A stretch of DNA of 64,000 bases from the human T2T-CHM13v2.0 reference genome, Homo sapiens. The notes beneath the pieces are model-generated. The model had not been told where the DNA came from and made no database searches. It saw nothing but the letters and a program-made list of their open reading frames with translations. The stretch covers positions 32,000,001-32,064,000 of the forward strand of contig CP068257.2 of NCBI GenBank assembly GCA_009914755.4, written 5' to 3'. Position numbers and translations under genes: made by a program. Below are positions 20,327-31,083 of the stretch, in pieces. Every line of letters begins with the position of its first letter. The stretch's first letter is position 1.

Positions 20327-21639
20327 TGCTTCTTAAAGAGGGTAGTGAATGCATGGTTATAACAGTTGAGGATATCTCTACATGGTATAGTCAACAGTCT
20401 CTAGAAATATGTATATTCAAAGGACACTTTGCACTAGCAATGAGTCCACAGGTGTTTTGGGTGTTTTGCTGTGCACAACTGCAGTGCTCTTTTGTGCCTG
20501 TTATTATATAAGATGGGCACAGGAGATATTGTGACAGTGGCTTATATCTGGCTAAACCTTGTAAAGCAATTCCAGCTGATAATATAAGAACTTTAGGCAT
20601 TATAACTTAAAACTAAATGGAAAATGCGTAACATTAGATGGTCCCTATCACTAGAGGGACTGAAACAGAGGATGGGTACATATTACACAGGCTTCATAAA
20701 GCAGATTCCAGAGTCAACTGAGTGGGACAGGTGGATCAAATGACCATTTAGTTCTCTTCTAATTGTGACAATCTTGATAAATATTATCAAGGCATATTCG
20801 ATTGAATTTATACATGTGTGGCATAATCTCTACATCTTATGCAACTTGAGATCTAAAGATAGATAAAGGAGCAGAAAAGGAAAATTGTTTCTTTTTTGCC
20901 TACAGTGGCTCTCAACAAAGAACTCTTTTGGATCTCAAAAGAATTTTTGATGACCTCCCCACCTCCATGAGGGATTTATTTTATTATCTGTTGATTTTCA
21001 GGTGGCATTTTGACTTAAGAGTCTAGGGTTTCTTACATGACCAATTCCCCACCCATATCTCTGGGGGTTGGAGACGTGGGATGGTCATTATCCCAAAGAT
21101 CTGAAAATCTCTGATCCAGTTACTATTCAATGTAGGGCTATTTAATATAATATGATCCAGAACAACAGAAACTTAACTTTCATTTATATTTTTGAATGAG
21201 CATCTTATTTTCCTATATTGTACTACTGGGGAACAAGGGAGCGAACGGTGTGATGAATGAGTCTTCCCTTTATAAGGTGGCTTAATTATGTGACTCTGGG
21301 ACAATGCAGGTGGAGGCCTCTGGTGATGAGAATAACTAATTGAGGGATCCTCCCGAAACTCTACCACACAACAGTTACTCGCTCCCCTCCAATCCATTTA
21401 ACTGACTTTCTTTTCCACCTACTAACATTATTGAAGTTTGTAAATGCTTAATTTTCCAGTTCACTAGAGGATTGTAGAGAAACCACTTCTTGCTTCAAAT
21501 GAAAAATATGAATTGTAATTTTGATTAAATATTTACTAATTCAAAAATCAAGAGAAAATAATTTCATGTCTTTATTATGCATAAAATGGAAGACTTTTTT
21601 TTTTGTAAAATACCATATTTTAGCATATATAGATGTGTA

Positions 21640-21939
21640 TTTTTTTTTTTTTTTTTGAGACAGGGTCTCACTCTGTTGCCCAGGCTAGAGTGTGGTGGTC
21701 GTGATCTTGGCTCACTGTAACCTCCGCCTCCCGGGTTCAAGCAATTCTCCTGCCTCAGCCTCCTGAGTAGCTGGAATTACAGGCGTGCACCACCATGCCC
21801 GGCTAATTTCTGTATTTTTAGTAGACACGGGGTTTCACCATGTTGGCCAGGCTGGTCTCGAACTCCTGGCCTCAAGTGATCCACCCGCCTAGGCCTCCCA
21901 AAGTGCTGGGATTACAGGCGTGAGCCACCACGCTCGGCC
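21640..21939 (-). mobile_element. Alu (antisense); TSD ATGTGTATTTTT
   Basis: T17 tail. TSD at 21633-21644 and 21943-21954. Confidence 0.95.
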
Positions 21940-22189
21940 AATATGTGTATTTTTGCTCTTCTGCTCATAAAACTCTCCTGAGCTCAATGTAGTTCATTGG
22001 GTCTACAAAAAGAGCATAGTTAATCTTAGAAATATTTCATTGCACAAGGCTGGCAGCTTTATCTTGTATGGCGAACTACCTCACTTTCAAATCTAAACGT
22101 CTTATCCCCTGCTGTAAGCTGGAACAGAGGCATCGATAAGGGAAATTAGTGATAAAAGGTAGTAATTATACACTGCAATGGCTGCGGGA

Positions 22190-22390
22190 TCTGATTTAGA
22201 AGTCATAACTGACCCGAGTTTGAATCGGGGCTTTCCTACTTATTAGCGGTATGACTTTGGGCTACTTAATTTTAACCTTTCTGGGCCTGAGATCCCATAT
22301 CTTAGATAATAATAGCAGTTATCTCAGAGGGTTGCCATAAGGATTAAATAATACCTGCAAAGCACTCAGCGCAACATCATACTTTCAGAA
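22190..22390 (+). mobile_element. MIR (ancient SINE) fragment, unusually CpG-retaining
   Basis: ...GACCCGAGTTTGAATCGGGGCTTTCCTACTTATTAGCGGTATGACTTTGGGCTACTTAATTTTAACCTTTCTGGGCCTGAGATCCCATATCTTAGATAATAATAGCAGTTATCTCAGAGGGTTGCCATAAGGATTAAATAATA..., a MIR core. Confidence 0.7.
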
Positions 22391-22539
22391 ATGTTGGCTA
22401 TTTTGACTATTATTTCTGTAAATTGGGCACATCTCAATTACAGAGAATCTCTAAAGTAGTTCTGAATCCCATCTCATAGAGTTGCAAAGGGTTTGGTCAA
22501 TGCAACCTTATTTTTCCCACCTTTTAATTTCTGCAGTAG

Positions 22540-22885
22540 GCTACTGTAGCAGCCACTAGCACAGGTGGCTATTGAGCACTCCAACTGTGTCTAGTCGGAA
22601 TTGAGATGCGCTGTTAAGTGGAAAATACACATCAGATTTTGAAGATTTAATTTTGAAGAATTAATTTTTTAATTTAATTTTGAAGATTTAATACGAAGAA
22701 AAGAACGTAAAATCTCAATTTTTAAATATTTGTTTAAGCGTTGAAATGATAATGTCTCAGATATACTAGGCTAAATGAAACATATAATTAAAATTAATTT
22801 CACGTGTTTCTTTTCACTTTTTAAATGTAGCTACCCCAAAATTAAAATGACATAAGGGACTCGCATTATATTTGTACTGGACAGA
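22540..22885. mobile_element. hAT-like non-autonomous DNA transposon (MITE); family name not assigned
   Basis: Right terminus ACTCTGTCCAGTACAAATATAATGCGAGTCCC is the reverse complement of a CAGTGCTGTCCAATAGAAATATAATGCGAGCC-type TIR. The AT-rich internal region is characteristic. Confidence 0.55.
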
Positions 22886-23577
22886 GTTCAGGTAAAACCT
22901 TTCTACTCATAACGTGGACAGCAGCACCTGGGAGCTTCTTAGAAACGCAGATGTTCGGCCCCGACCCAGACCTATCCCAAGGCGATGCTTACATCTCGCT
23001 CCAGATGATTCCGCCGTTTAGCATAATGAAGAGGGCCGATCTGGCTCAAAAGCCACATACAGCGAATAACTACTAACTGCTTTCCGAAAACAGCAAAGTG
23101 ATGAGGAAGAAAGAAGTGGCTGAGAAGAAGTAACAGAGAAAGAAAAAGACACTCAAATTCTAGGAACAAGAAGCAGAGGAGAAAAACCCAACCTGGGAGA
23201 TTAAGTGGAAGGGCACTCCCAGACCTCTGCCTCCATAAAAGTAGAGGGAGATGCAAACTGAGATAAGACCTACAATCAAAACCCGTCAAGGTCCAGGAAA
23301 CTGTCCCTCAAATCTAGTCTTACCCACCCCTCAGCGGCCTCAGCTAAGCTAGGCCTGGGCCCGAACAAGTCCCAGGTTAGGGTTCGACGCGAACCACCAT
23401 CCTCCCCAGGGCTGCACGGTTCTGTGGGGCATCTCTCCACCTTTCGCTTAAAGGCCCGTTTCCCAAGACACAGGACGCGTTTCCCGGGGCTCACCTGCCT
23501 CTGAGCCGCCCCAACGGCCTGCACCTTCACCACCGCCACCTTCCAGTCCTTCGTCAGAGAGCCCGCCCCCTGCTCCC

Positions 23578-23582
23578 ATTGG
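23578..23582 (-). promoter_or_regulatory. Inverted CCAAT box (ATTGG)
   Basis: CTCCCATTGGTCAGG. Confidence 0.5.
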
Positions 23583-23605
23583 TCAGGCCGCTCGTCACTC
23601 CTGAA

Positions 23606-23613
23606 GGGCGGGG
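23606..23613 (+). promoter_or_regulatory. GC box (Sp1-type GGGCGGGG)
   Basis: GAAGGGCGGGGTCGG. Confidence 0.55.
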
Positions 23614-23659
23614 TCGGACTCGCGAGGCTGTCCAGAACGCCATGGCAACCGGTCTCGGA

Positions 23660-23677
23660 ACTACATCTCCCGTCATG
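23660..23677 (+). promoter_or_regulatory. ZNF143/Staf SBS-like motif (ACTACA-N-TCCC)
   Basis: AACTACATCTCCCGTCATG versus the extended SBS consensus ACTACAATTCCCAGCAATGC. The match is partial. Confidence 0.4.
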
Positions 23678-23705
23678 TTCCGCTCGGGGGCGGAGAAAGA
23701 GGCGA

Positions 23706-23729
23706 GGCCCCGCCCCAAGGACTACCAAT
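23706..23729 (+). promoter_or_regulatory. GC box (CCCCGCCCC) next to a CCAAT box
   Basis: GGCCCCGCCCCAAGGACTACCAATAAATGG. Confidence 0.55.
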
Positions 23730-23769
23730 AAATGGGCGAAGTTGGAATCGCCCGGATGGGTTCCGTTTT

Positions 23770-23777
23770 ATGCAAAT
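23770..23777 (+). promoter_or_regulatory. Perfect octamer ATGCAAAT (POU2F1/Oct-1 site)
   Basis: TTTTATGCAAATTTTAG, about 95 bp downstream of the SBS-like motif. Confidence 0.5.
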
Positions 23778-24069
23778 TTTAGCCGAAGACCACACCCTTC
23801 CTCATTCCAACCATAGGCCCGGCCAACCCCTTTGGGTTGTGCTTCGCCTTTTTCCTTTCCACATTATTCTCTCCTTGAAAACCTCCAATAATTAAGTCAA
23901 TTAAGTGCATCCTATCTAGTGTCTCTCACGGCAACGAGCAGATGCACCGAAATCGTGCAACAAAATCTCCATAAACCACGATAGGCAACCTCAGACCATA
24001 AATCTCCTGTTACGCCTACATGGGGAGGAGGGGGAGAGTGCTAATCCTGCCCCCACACAGCCCCTGCTG

Positions 24070-24074
24070 ATTGG
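24070..24074 (-). promoter_or_regulatory. Inverted CCAAT box (ATTGG)
   Basis: CTGCTGATTGGCTCATTCGG, the classic NF-Y CTGATTGGCT context. Confidence 0.6.
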
Positions 24075-24139
24075 CTCATTCGGCTTGTCACTCTGTTGTC
24101 TTACATTTCTTTGGCTCACCCTCTTTGGGTTCGCACGGT

Positions 24140-24147
24140 GGGCGGGG
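24140..24147 (+). promoter_or_regulatory. GC box GGGCGGGG
   Basis: CGGTGGGCGGGGCCAGTGG. Confidence 0.55.
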
Positions 24148-24187
24148 CCAGTGGTAGGGGGTGGTGAGAAGGTGCGGGCCCCTTCTT

Positions 24188-24195
24188 CCAATTGG
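24188..24195. promoter_or_regulatory. Palindromic CCAATTGG (NF-Y site readable on both strands)
   Basis: CTTCTTCCAATTGGCTGGCGG. Confidence 0.55.
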
Positions 24196-24522
24196 CTGGC
24201 GGTTTCCCCACCCACTTATGGGCGGAGATGGATGGTGGATGGGGGGCGGGGGAGGCAGCGGAGGGAGATGAGGAGATAGGCGGGAGCGAGGGAGCGAGGG
24301 AGGGAGCGAAGGAGGTAGAGAAGAGTGGAGGCGCCAGGGGAGGGAGCGTAGCTTGGTTGCTCCGTAGTACGGCGGCTCGCGAGGAAGAATCCCGAGCGGG
24401 CTCCGGGACGGACAGAGAGGCGGGCGGGGATGGTGTGCGGGGCTGCGGCTCCTGCGTCCCTCCCAGCGGCGCGTGAGCGGCACTGATTTGTCCCTGGGGC
24501 GGCAGCGCGGACCCGCCCGGAG

Positions 24523-24533
24523 ATGAGGTGAGG
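24523..24533 (+). other. Candidate ATG immediately followed by a strong 5' splice donor (GAG|GTGAGG); a possible exon-1 end for a plus-strand transcript
   Basis: CGCCCGGAGATGAG|GTGAGGAGAGG. The donor matches MAG|GTRAGT at 7 of 9 positions. There is no transcript evidence. Confidence 0.25.
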
Positions 24534-26641
24534 AGAGGGCTGCAAGGCGGCGGCCTGGACCACGGGCGGCTGCAGCGGGGGCGGGGGTCGGCGCGGGGGT
24601 CTGCGCGATGGCTGCCCGGGGCATCCGTCCCGCGCCCGGCGCTTGTCTCCCCGGCCGCCCTTAGCCCCTCGCCGCGCGCCCGAGAGACGGCAGCGGCTGC
24701 CCCTCTGCCTTGTCCTTCCCGTCCTCGGGGGTGGCGGCGGAGTGGCGGGCGGACCCGCACTGGGAGGCCGGGGGCCGCGGTGGGCCGTGGGGTGGCGGCC
24801 GCGGGACGGGCGTGGGGATGAATGGGCGCCGCGGCCCCGCCGCCGAGCGGGCTCCCTCCTCTCGCGGGGACCCCGGGCGGCCGCTCCTTCCCGGGCTGAC
24901 CTCGCTGCCCTCGGCCGCCGGCGAGGGGCGGCCCGGCCTCGCCTCCCGCCGGCCTCCCGGGGACCCGCGTTGGCGGGAGCGGCGCCGCCTCTGCCTGGAG
25001 CCCCGGCTCCTTCCTCGGCCCCTCGCTCGCAAGCCTGCAGAATCCTGGGTCAGTGAAGGGCAGGCAATGCCGTTCGGCCCCAGGGCGCGCCGCGGGGCCG
25101 CCCCTGAAGGCATTTAAAGGGGAGCGTCTTCCGCGCCCTGTGAGCGCGTCCCCGGGTCCGCCGCGTCCCTTCCCTTCTTACGCACCGACACGGTTTTGTG
25201 GTGTGGACCCAAGACACAATTGCAGTCCCTTGCTTGCACGAATGCAATCCGAATTCCCAAAAAAAGGAAACCGGCGAGGAATCGGCCGCACCTTCCTGCG
25301 CTTCTGCTTGCCTTGGGATTAGAAAACAACTTCGGAGATTACATTTCCTATGGGCAATCTTTTGTTGTGATTCAGACTCAAGAAGGCTTTGCTTTGGAAG
25401 AAATAGATTAGCGGCTTCTCTGTGGAGTTGGAGGCTATAGAGATTTTTATAGCCTCTTCAATATGAAAGTTTCCTCTAGAACTTTGCCATCATCAGTGCT
25501 ATTCTGAGGGCAGCAGCAACCTGGAAATTTAGATACATGCAGGCTCCGGCCAGATGCGTTTCTTTGTGCTTGTCTGTTGGCATTCTTCTCTTGCTGCTCC
25601 TCTTGATCAAAACGTACAGATAATAAAGGCAAGGCCAATGAAGAGGGTAGATAATAACAGCAAATCCCATACAAACAAATGCCTCTAGAAATTCTCAGTT
25701 CTGTCAGCGGGGAGGCAGTTTTGCTAATCCCGTGGAACGGATGAAAAGAAAGGCACAGAGATCTCATGGATTATGTAGTGGACAGGATGTGAGGGCAGGA
25801 ACTGGGGCCAGGACCCAGCAGGCCAGCTGGTTTGCATGGTGCCACTCTAAACCCCCAAAATATGAATAGGAGGAATGTATTTGTTGGGATACCTTTATTT
25901 TTAGATGACTTTAAGGTTGAGAGTGCAGAAGCTTAAACATCCTTCATAGTTATTATTTCTTAGTTTATCTCTGAGAACAAAATATGTTTCTGTTTAAAAT
26001 TTCTTTTACTGGTGTGCTTGAAACGTTATTTTGATGGGAGTTTCCTTGTAAGTAAAAACATTGAAAAATACATACATATGAAAGAAAAATCCTTAGTGCA
26101 GATGGGTTTGTAAAGAATCCAGGGACTTTTAAGTCATATAAATTAAGAAGTGAGGGACACTAATTTGATGATGGTGTTAAAATTATTTCAGACACCTTTA
26201 AGTAGTCCAGTGGAGATCATTTCTGATAGTATGATCTTTTTTTAAAAAAATGGTATTTCTTTATCTAGGAATGCTTCTGTTGAAATTGCTACGGCGCATG
26301 GTACCGTCACAAAACTCTTTTATTATTCTGCCTGAGTAAGAGAGGAAATGAACAAATTTTTAATGTACTTTGGAACCCTGCGGATTGCACAGATACTAAG
26401 CATTGTGAAATAGGGCATAAAATGAGTGGTAGCAAGTTAGTTCTGTGAAATGTTTGTCGCTGTTAGCATTTTTTTTTTTTTTTGGCAGTCGACTAGCAAT
26501 TTTCTTTTCCCTAAAGCTTATCTTCAATATTGGTAGTAGAACCTCTGCTCAAGTTTATCTTTTCCCCAAGTGCCTAGACTGGGACAAACTATCAAGCCTC
26601 CTGTAAGAGATTAAGGAGGAGCTGCTGGTAAATTCCTTTCC

Positions 26642-26938
26642 TTTTTTTTTTTCTTGAGGCAGGGTCTGGCTATGTCACAGGCTGGAGTGCAGTGGCGCAA
26701 TCTTGGCATACTGCAGCCTCGACCTCCTGGGCTCCAGTGATCTTCCCACCCCAGCTTCCAGAGTATCTGGGATCACAGATGCACGCCACCATGCCCAGCT
26801 AATTTTAAAATTTTTTCTAGAGACAGGGTCTCTCTGTGTTGCTCAGGCTGGTCTAAAACGCCTACCTTAAACGATTCTCCCACCTAGGCAGCCTCCCAAA
26901 GAGCTAGGATTAGAGGAATGAGCCACCATGCTTCGTCC
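26642..26938 (-). mobile_element. Alu (older; antisense)
   Basis: T11 tail then GAGGCAGGGTCTGGCTATGTCACAGGCTGGAGTGCAGTGGCGCAATCTTGGC... Confidence 0.9.
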
Positions 26939-27175
26939 AAATTCCTCTACTCTAAATTATCTTTTTAATTTGCTAACATTTGTGAGTTGTAGAGAATTGA
27001 TGACACGAGAGTTGGGATTATATTATGCACCTCAAATTCTTCTGCCATAGAGCTGTTCCCTTCTGAATGATCACTTCCTCCTGAATGGCTCCACTTAACT
27101 GGTTGGGTTTCTTAAAGTGTGGGCCTCAGATCACTTACATCAGCATTAATGGAGGCACTTGTTAAAAATATAGGT

Positions 27176-27506
27176 TTTGGGCATGGTGGATCAAACTTGT
27201 AATCCCAACACTTTGGGAGGCTGAAGTAGGAATAGCTTGGGCCCAGGAATTTGAGACCAGCTTGGGCAACACAGGGAAACCTGGTCTCTAAAAAAAAATT
27301 TTTTTTAATATTCTGGGCTTAGTGACTCGTGCCTATATTCCCAGCTTTTCTAGAGGCTGAGGTGGGAGGATCTGGTTCGCTTGAGCCCAGGAGATGGAGG
27401 CTGCAGTGAGCCATGATTGCCCTACTGCATTCTAGCCTGGGCGACAGAGAGAGCGAGCCTGTGTCCAAAAAGTAAGTAAGTAAATAAATACATAAAAATA
27501 AATACG
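27176..27506 (+). mobile_element. Alu (old, AluJ-like)
   Basis: GGGCATGGTGGATCAAACTTGTAATCCCAACACTTTGGGAGGCTGAAGTAGGAATAGCTTGGGCCCAGGAATTTGAGACCAGC, an A-rich linker, then a right monomer. Confidence 0.85.
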
Positions 27507-28600
27507 GGTTTCTGTCACCTCGCTTCAGAATCAGACAGCTAGAGGTGGGGCCCTGGAATTGGTGTTGTTAATGCATTCTCCAGGAATTTCTCCTGCATAG
27601 GGAAGTTGGAAACCACTGGCTTCCTTCTCTCTGAGCATCTCCTGAGACTAGCTCCTGAAGTGGATAGAAAGTTTTTCAAGTAGCAGATTAAGTTTTATCC
27701 CTTAGGCTGCTAATAAAAAACAATTGACTGTGATTGCGTAATTTTACCTGTCGTACACCTTTCAGAAGGCAGAGGCTTTGGTTCACCCCTCTACCTCCAG
27801 GGCCTAAAACAGTGCCTGGAGGAACTCAATTAAACATTTGTTGAGTGAATACGTGAATTACATTGCAGCGAGGCCAATCTTTTAAAAGTTACTTGTCAAA
27901 TTAATCTATCAGTTAGTGGCATATTAAAGCCCAGCATATTACAAAAAAATTTTTTTTAGTAGTCACTGATTTTATAAATTAGGAGCCACAAGCACTATAC
28001 CCCAGTGACTTCTGTAAGTTTGGTTAGTTTAGAAAGGAGAGAGCCTTTCCCAGGCGTAGTGTGCTCAAGGTGATTAGCCAGAAAGAAGATTCAGAACAAA
28101 GCATTTGCTTAGAGAGTCAAAATGTAAATTTAAGTCACAGTGTAGTGGTAAATCATATATCAAACTTATATTTGGTATATTGTCTTATATCAAAATATCA
28201 TTTTATAAACCATAAGTCCAACATACTGCTATAAAAATTGGTTTCTAGCAAATAGAGAAAATTGTTATGTTTTCCAATTTCACTTTTCATACTAATAAAA
28301 TTTGACCTTTACACCTTCTTTTCAAGAGTTCACCACAGGGCACCATAGATATTATGTAGTTAAGAGCTCAAACTCTGGAGAATATTGTGTTTGACCACAC
28401 ATAGTCAGGGAGTTTGATCTAACCTCTCAATGCCTCATTTCTCAGCTGAACATGGAAATAGTAATAATAAAGTTCACATACTTCTAAGTGCTTACCTAAG
28501 TTTTTGAGACACATCCACTTAATAAATGGTAGTTACAGTGATGATAAAGAATTGGGGTGTATAAAAATACCTAAAACTCAAAAGCTAACCCATTTAATTA

Positions 28601-28822
<222 letters not shown>

Positions 28823-29303
28823 TTATTGCTAACTCCTTGGTACTATGTATAATTTTTTTAATTGAATGACTAGACTAAACATTGAAAGTATTTAATAAGC
28901 TATCAAATATGTATTAATATAAGTTTTGAAAATAAATACTAAATCTCCTGATCTCTTTTAGGTTAAAATATAGTTTATGATGAGCAACTAATATTCTTTG
29001 TATTTAAAAAGATAATTGTTTTATGGTAGAAAAATTGAAATACAGAAAAGTATAAAGTAGAAAACTATGAAATACCCGTAAGTCTACTACCTGCATACAT
29101 ATTTCTTCAAATCCTTTTGTGTGTGTGCATATGGCTATTCATATACAATTTCTGGTAACAAAAATGGGATCTTGCTATACATATGGTTGTAACCTGCTTT
29201 TTTTTTGCTTAACATCTTGTCATGAGTGTCTTTTCCTATATATATATTGCATTATAACAATTTTAGTAACCAAATAATATTCCGTTTTATGGATCTATGG
29301 TAG

Positions 29304-29609
29304 TTTTTTTTTTAATTTTTATTTTTTCAGACGGAGTCTCAGTCTGTTACCCAGGCTGGTGTATAGTGGCTCAATCTTGGCTCACTGCAACCTACGCTTC
29401 CCAGGTTCAAATGAATCTCTTGCCTTAGCCTCCTGATTAACTGGGATTACACATGCCTGCCACCATGCCTGGCTAATGTTTGTATTTTTAGTGGAGATGG
29501 GGTTTCGTCATGTTGGCCAGGCTGGTCTCATGCTCCTAACCTCAGGTGATCCACCTGCCTCAGCCTCCCAAAGTGCTGGGATCACAGGCGTGAGCCACCA
29601 CACCCAGTC
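29304..29609 (-). mobile_element. Alu (antisense) with 17-bp TSD ATGGATCT[A/C]TGGT[A/G]GTTT
   Basis: TSD at 29289-29307 and 29610-29627. Confidence 0.95.
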
Positions 29610-30377
29610 ATGGATCTCTGGTGGTTTAGCCAATTTATTTTTATTAGACATTAGTTTGTTTATTTTTCCTCCACGGTTACTTATAACCCTGCAGTGACTG
29701 TCCTTCTACATATGTCTCTGAATGTACTTGTGAGATTATTTTCATTAGGATAAATTTCTACAAATGGAATTTGCAGGATCAAAGCCTATGCTAAATTTTA
29801 GGATTTTTTAAATCCGTATTTCCAATTTGTCATTTAGAAAGATTGTATCATTTTATACTCTTACCATGGTATATCAGACTTCCAGTCTCCCAGCCCCTTG
29901 TACCTTCCCCCATTTTATGGAATGACTTAACCAGTGACAAACCTAGTGAATTTTTGCTTTTAGGAAGAAGAATGGACTGTTAGTATAATGTGTTTAGTAG
30001 TGTGATATGGAAACTCAGAAATCTTGTGCATGGGTAATAGTGATAGCTAATGTCGATTAAGTTCTTTTGCAGCATCTTATATACATTAACTCACTTCACA
30101 AAAAACTCTCATCTTACAGATGCCTTGGAAACTAGGGTACCAGCAATTAGAGAGCCAGCAAGTGTCTGAGCAGATTTTTACTGTAGAGTCCAAAACTCTT
30201 AGCCTGTTTCCTAGACATGTTTTATAGGCATTTGGGTACTTTTTATGTTCTCGATTGCTGTTGTGGAGTAACTAAGAGGTTCTCTGACATGTACTAATAT
30301 ATAAACTGGGTGGGGCACAAATTTGAATCCCTTTCACTGAAGAGTTGGTCACATAAGTTAGCTCAGAAATTAGCTTT

Positions 30378-30648
30378 GGGACCGGTGCTGTGGGTCACTC
30401 CTGTAATCCCAATACTTGAGAGGCCAAGGTGGGAGCATTACTTGAGCCCAGGAGTTCCAGACTGGCCAGGGCAACATAGCAAGACCCTACAAAAAATTTT
30501 TTAAAAAGTAGCCCAGTGAGGTGATGCCCACCTGTAGTCCTAGCTACTAGGGAGGCTGAGGTGGGAGGACTGTTTGTACCCAGAAGTTGGAGGCTGCAGA
30601 TGCCACAGCACTCCAGACTGGGCAACATAGTGAGATCTTGTCAAAAAA
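30378..30648 (+). mobile_element. Alu (older)
   Basis: GGGACCGGTGCTGTGGGTCACTCCTGTAATCCCAATACTTGAGAGGCCAAGGTGGGAGCATTACTTGAGCCCAGGAGTTCCAGAC... Confidence 0.9.
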
Positions 30649-30745
30649 GAAAGGGGAGGGCAGGGCAAGAGAGAGAGAAAAGAAAGGAGAGAAAGAGAAA
30701 GAGAAGGAAGGAGAAAGAAAGAGGAGAGAGAGAAAAATTAGCCTC
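30649..30745. repeat. (GA)n / GA-rich simple repeat, the expanded Alu tail
   Basis: AAAGAAAGGGGAGGGCAGGGCAAGAGAGAGAGAAAAGAAAGGAGAGAAAGAGAAAGAGAAGGAAGGAGAAAGAAAGAGGAGAGAGAGAAAAA. Confidence 0.9.
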
Positions 30746-30969
30746 ATCAACTGTCCAGCATTCATCCTTAAAGTAGTCTTGTTATCCTTTACTCTGTAGT
30801 GGTTTTCCTAAAGTACCCCTGCATGAAAAACAGGATTAGAGTGCTAGAGAAGACTAGTGAAATTTGAAAAGGCAGTTCACTTGTGATGTGGACTTGTCTT
30901 AGAAACGCAAGACTGTACAGAAGTGTGATGAGGGAGACAGCTGGGTGTGTGTGTCCAGGTAGTTCCATG

Positions 30970-31083
30970 TTGGCGAGTTTGGAGATAGAAAGTGGCCTAA
31001 GGAAGTTTACTTCCTGAATGTGAATGTTGGCCACTTTGGAGATAGAAAGTGGCCTAAGGAAGTTTGCTTCCTGAATGTGAAGG
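30970..31083. repeat. 57-bp tandem duplication, 2 copies at ~93% identity
   Basis: GTTGGCGAGTTTGGAGATAGAAAGTGGCCTAAGGAAGTTTACTTCCTGAATGTGAAT followed by GTTGGCCACTTTGGAGATAGAAAGTGGCCTAAGGAAGTTTGCTTCCTGAATGTGAAG. Confidence 0.9.

Larger units (their letters stand above)
23330..25330. promoter_or_regulatory. CpG island, a TATA-less Pol II promoter region, probably bidirectional and containing first exon(s)
   Basis: Abrupt shift from AT-rich, CpG-depleted DNA to >70% GC with an observed/expected CpG near 1. It is repeat-free and has dense Sp1, NF-Y, octamer and ZNF143-like motifs. A small CpG cluster lies upstream at 22,940-23,020. Confidence 0.9.

Noticed and set aside
23641-23654. RFX X-box-like GCCATGGCAAC
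   Set aside because: Only one half-site (GGCAAC) fits RFX. The apparent palindrome GCCATGGC is 8 bp and the second half-site is absent. Too weak to call.
23640-23800. Possible Pol III snRNA-type gene (octamer + SPH/SBS-like motifs suggest a DSE)
   Set aside because: There is no PSE-like element and no TATA at the expected spacing. No sequence resembling U1, U2, U4, U5, U6, U11, U12, 7SK, RMRP, RPPH1, Y or vault RNA bodies lies within 300 bp downstream on either strand. The motifs are better explained as part of a Pol II CpG-island promoter, where ZNF143, Oct-1 and NF-Y sites are also common.
24088-25329. Cluster of overlapping 65-214 aa ORFs on both strands inside the CpG island (e.g. 24116-24760 minus 214 aa, 24088-24624 minus 178 aa, 24643-25056 plus 137 aa, 24661-25113 minus 150 aa)
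   Set aside because: The translations are Pro/Arg/Ala/Gly-rich low-complexity strings with no recognisable domain and no codon periodicity. They overlap one another in several frames, which is what random 80%-GC sequence produces because stop codons are AT-rich. A real first exon may be hidden here, but none of these ORFs can be defended.
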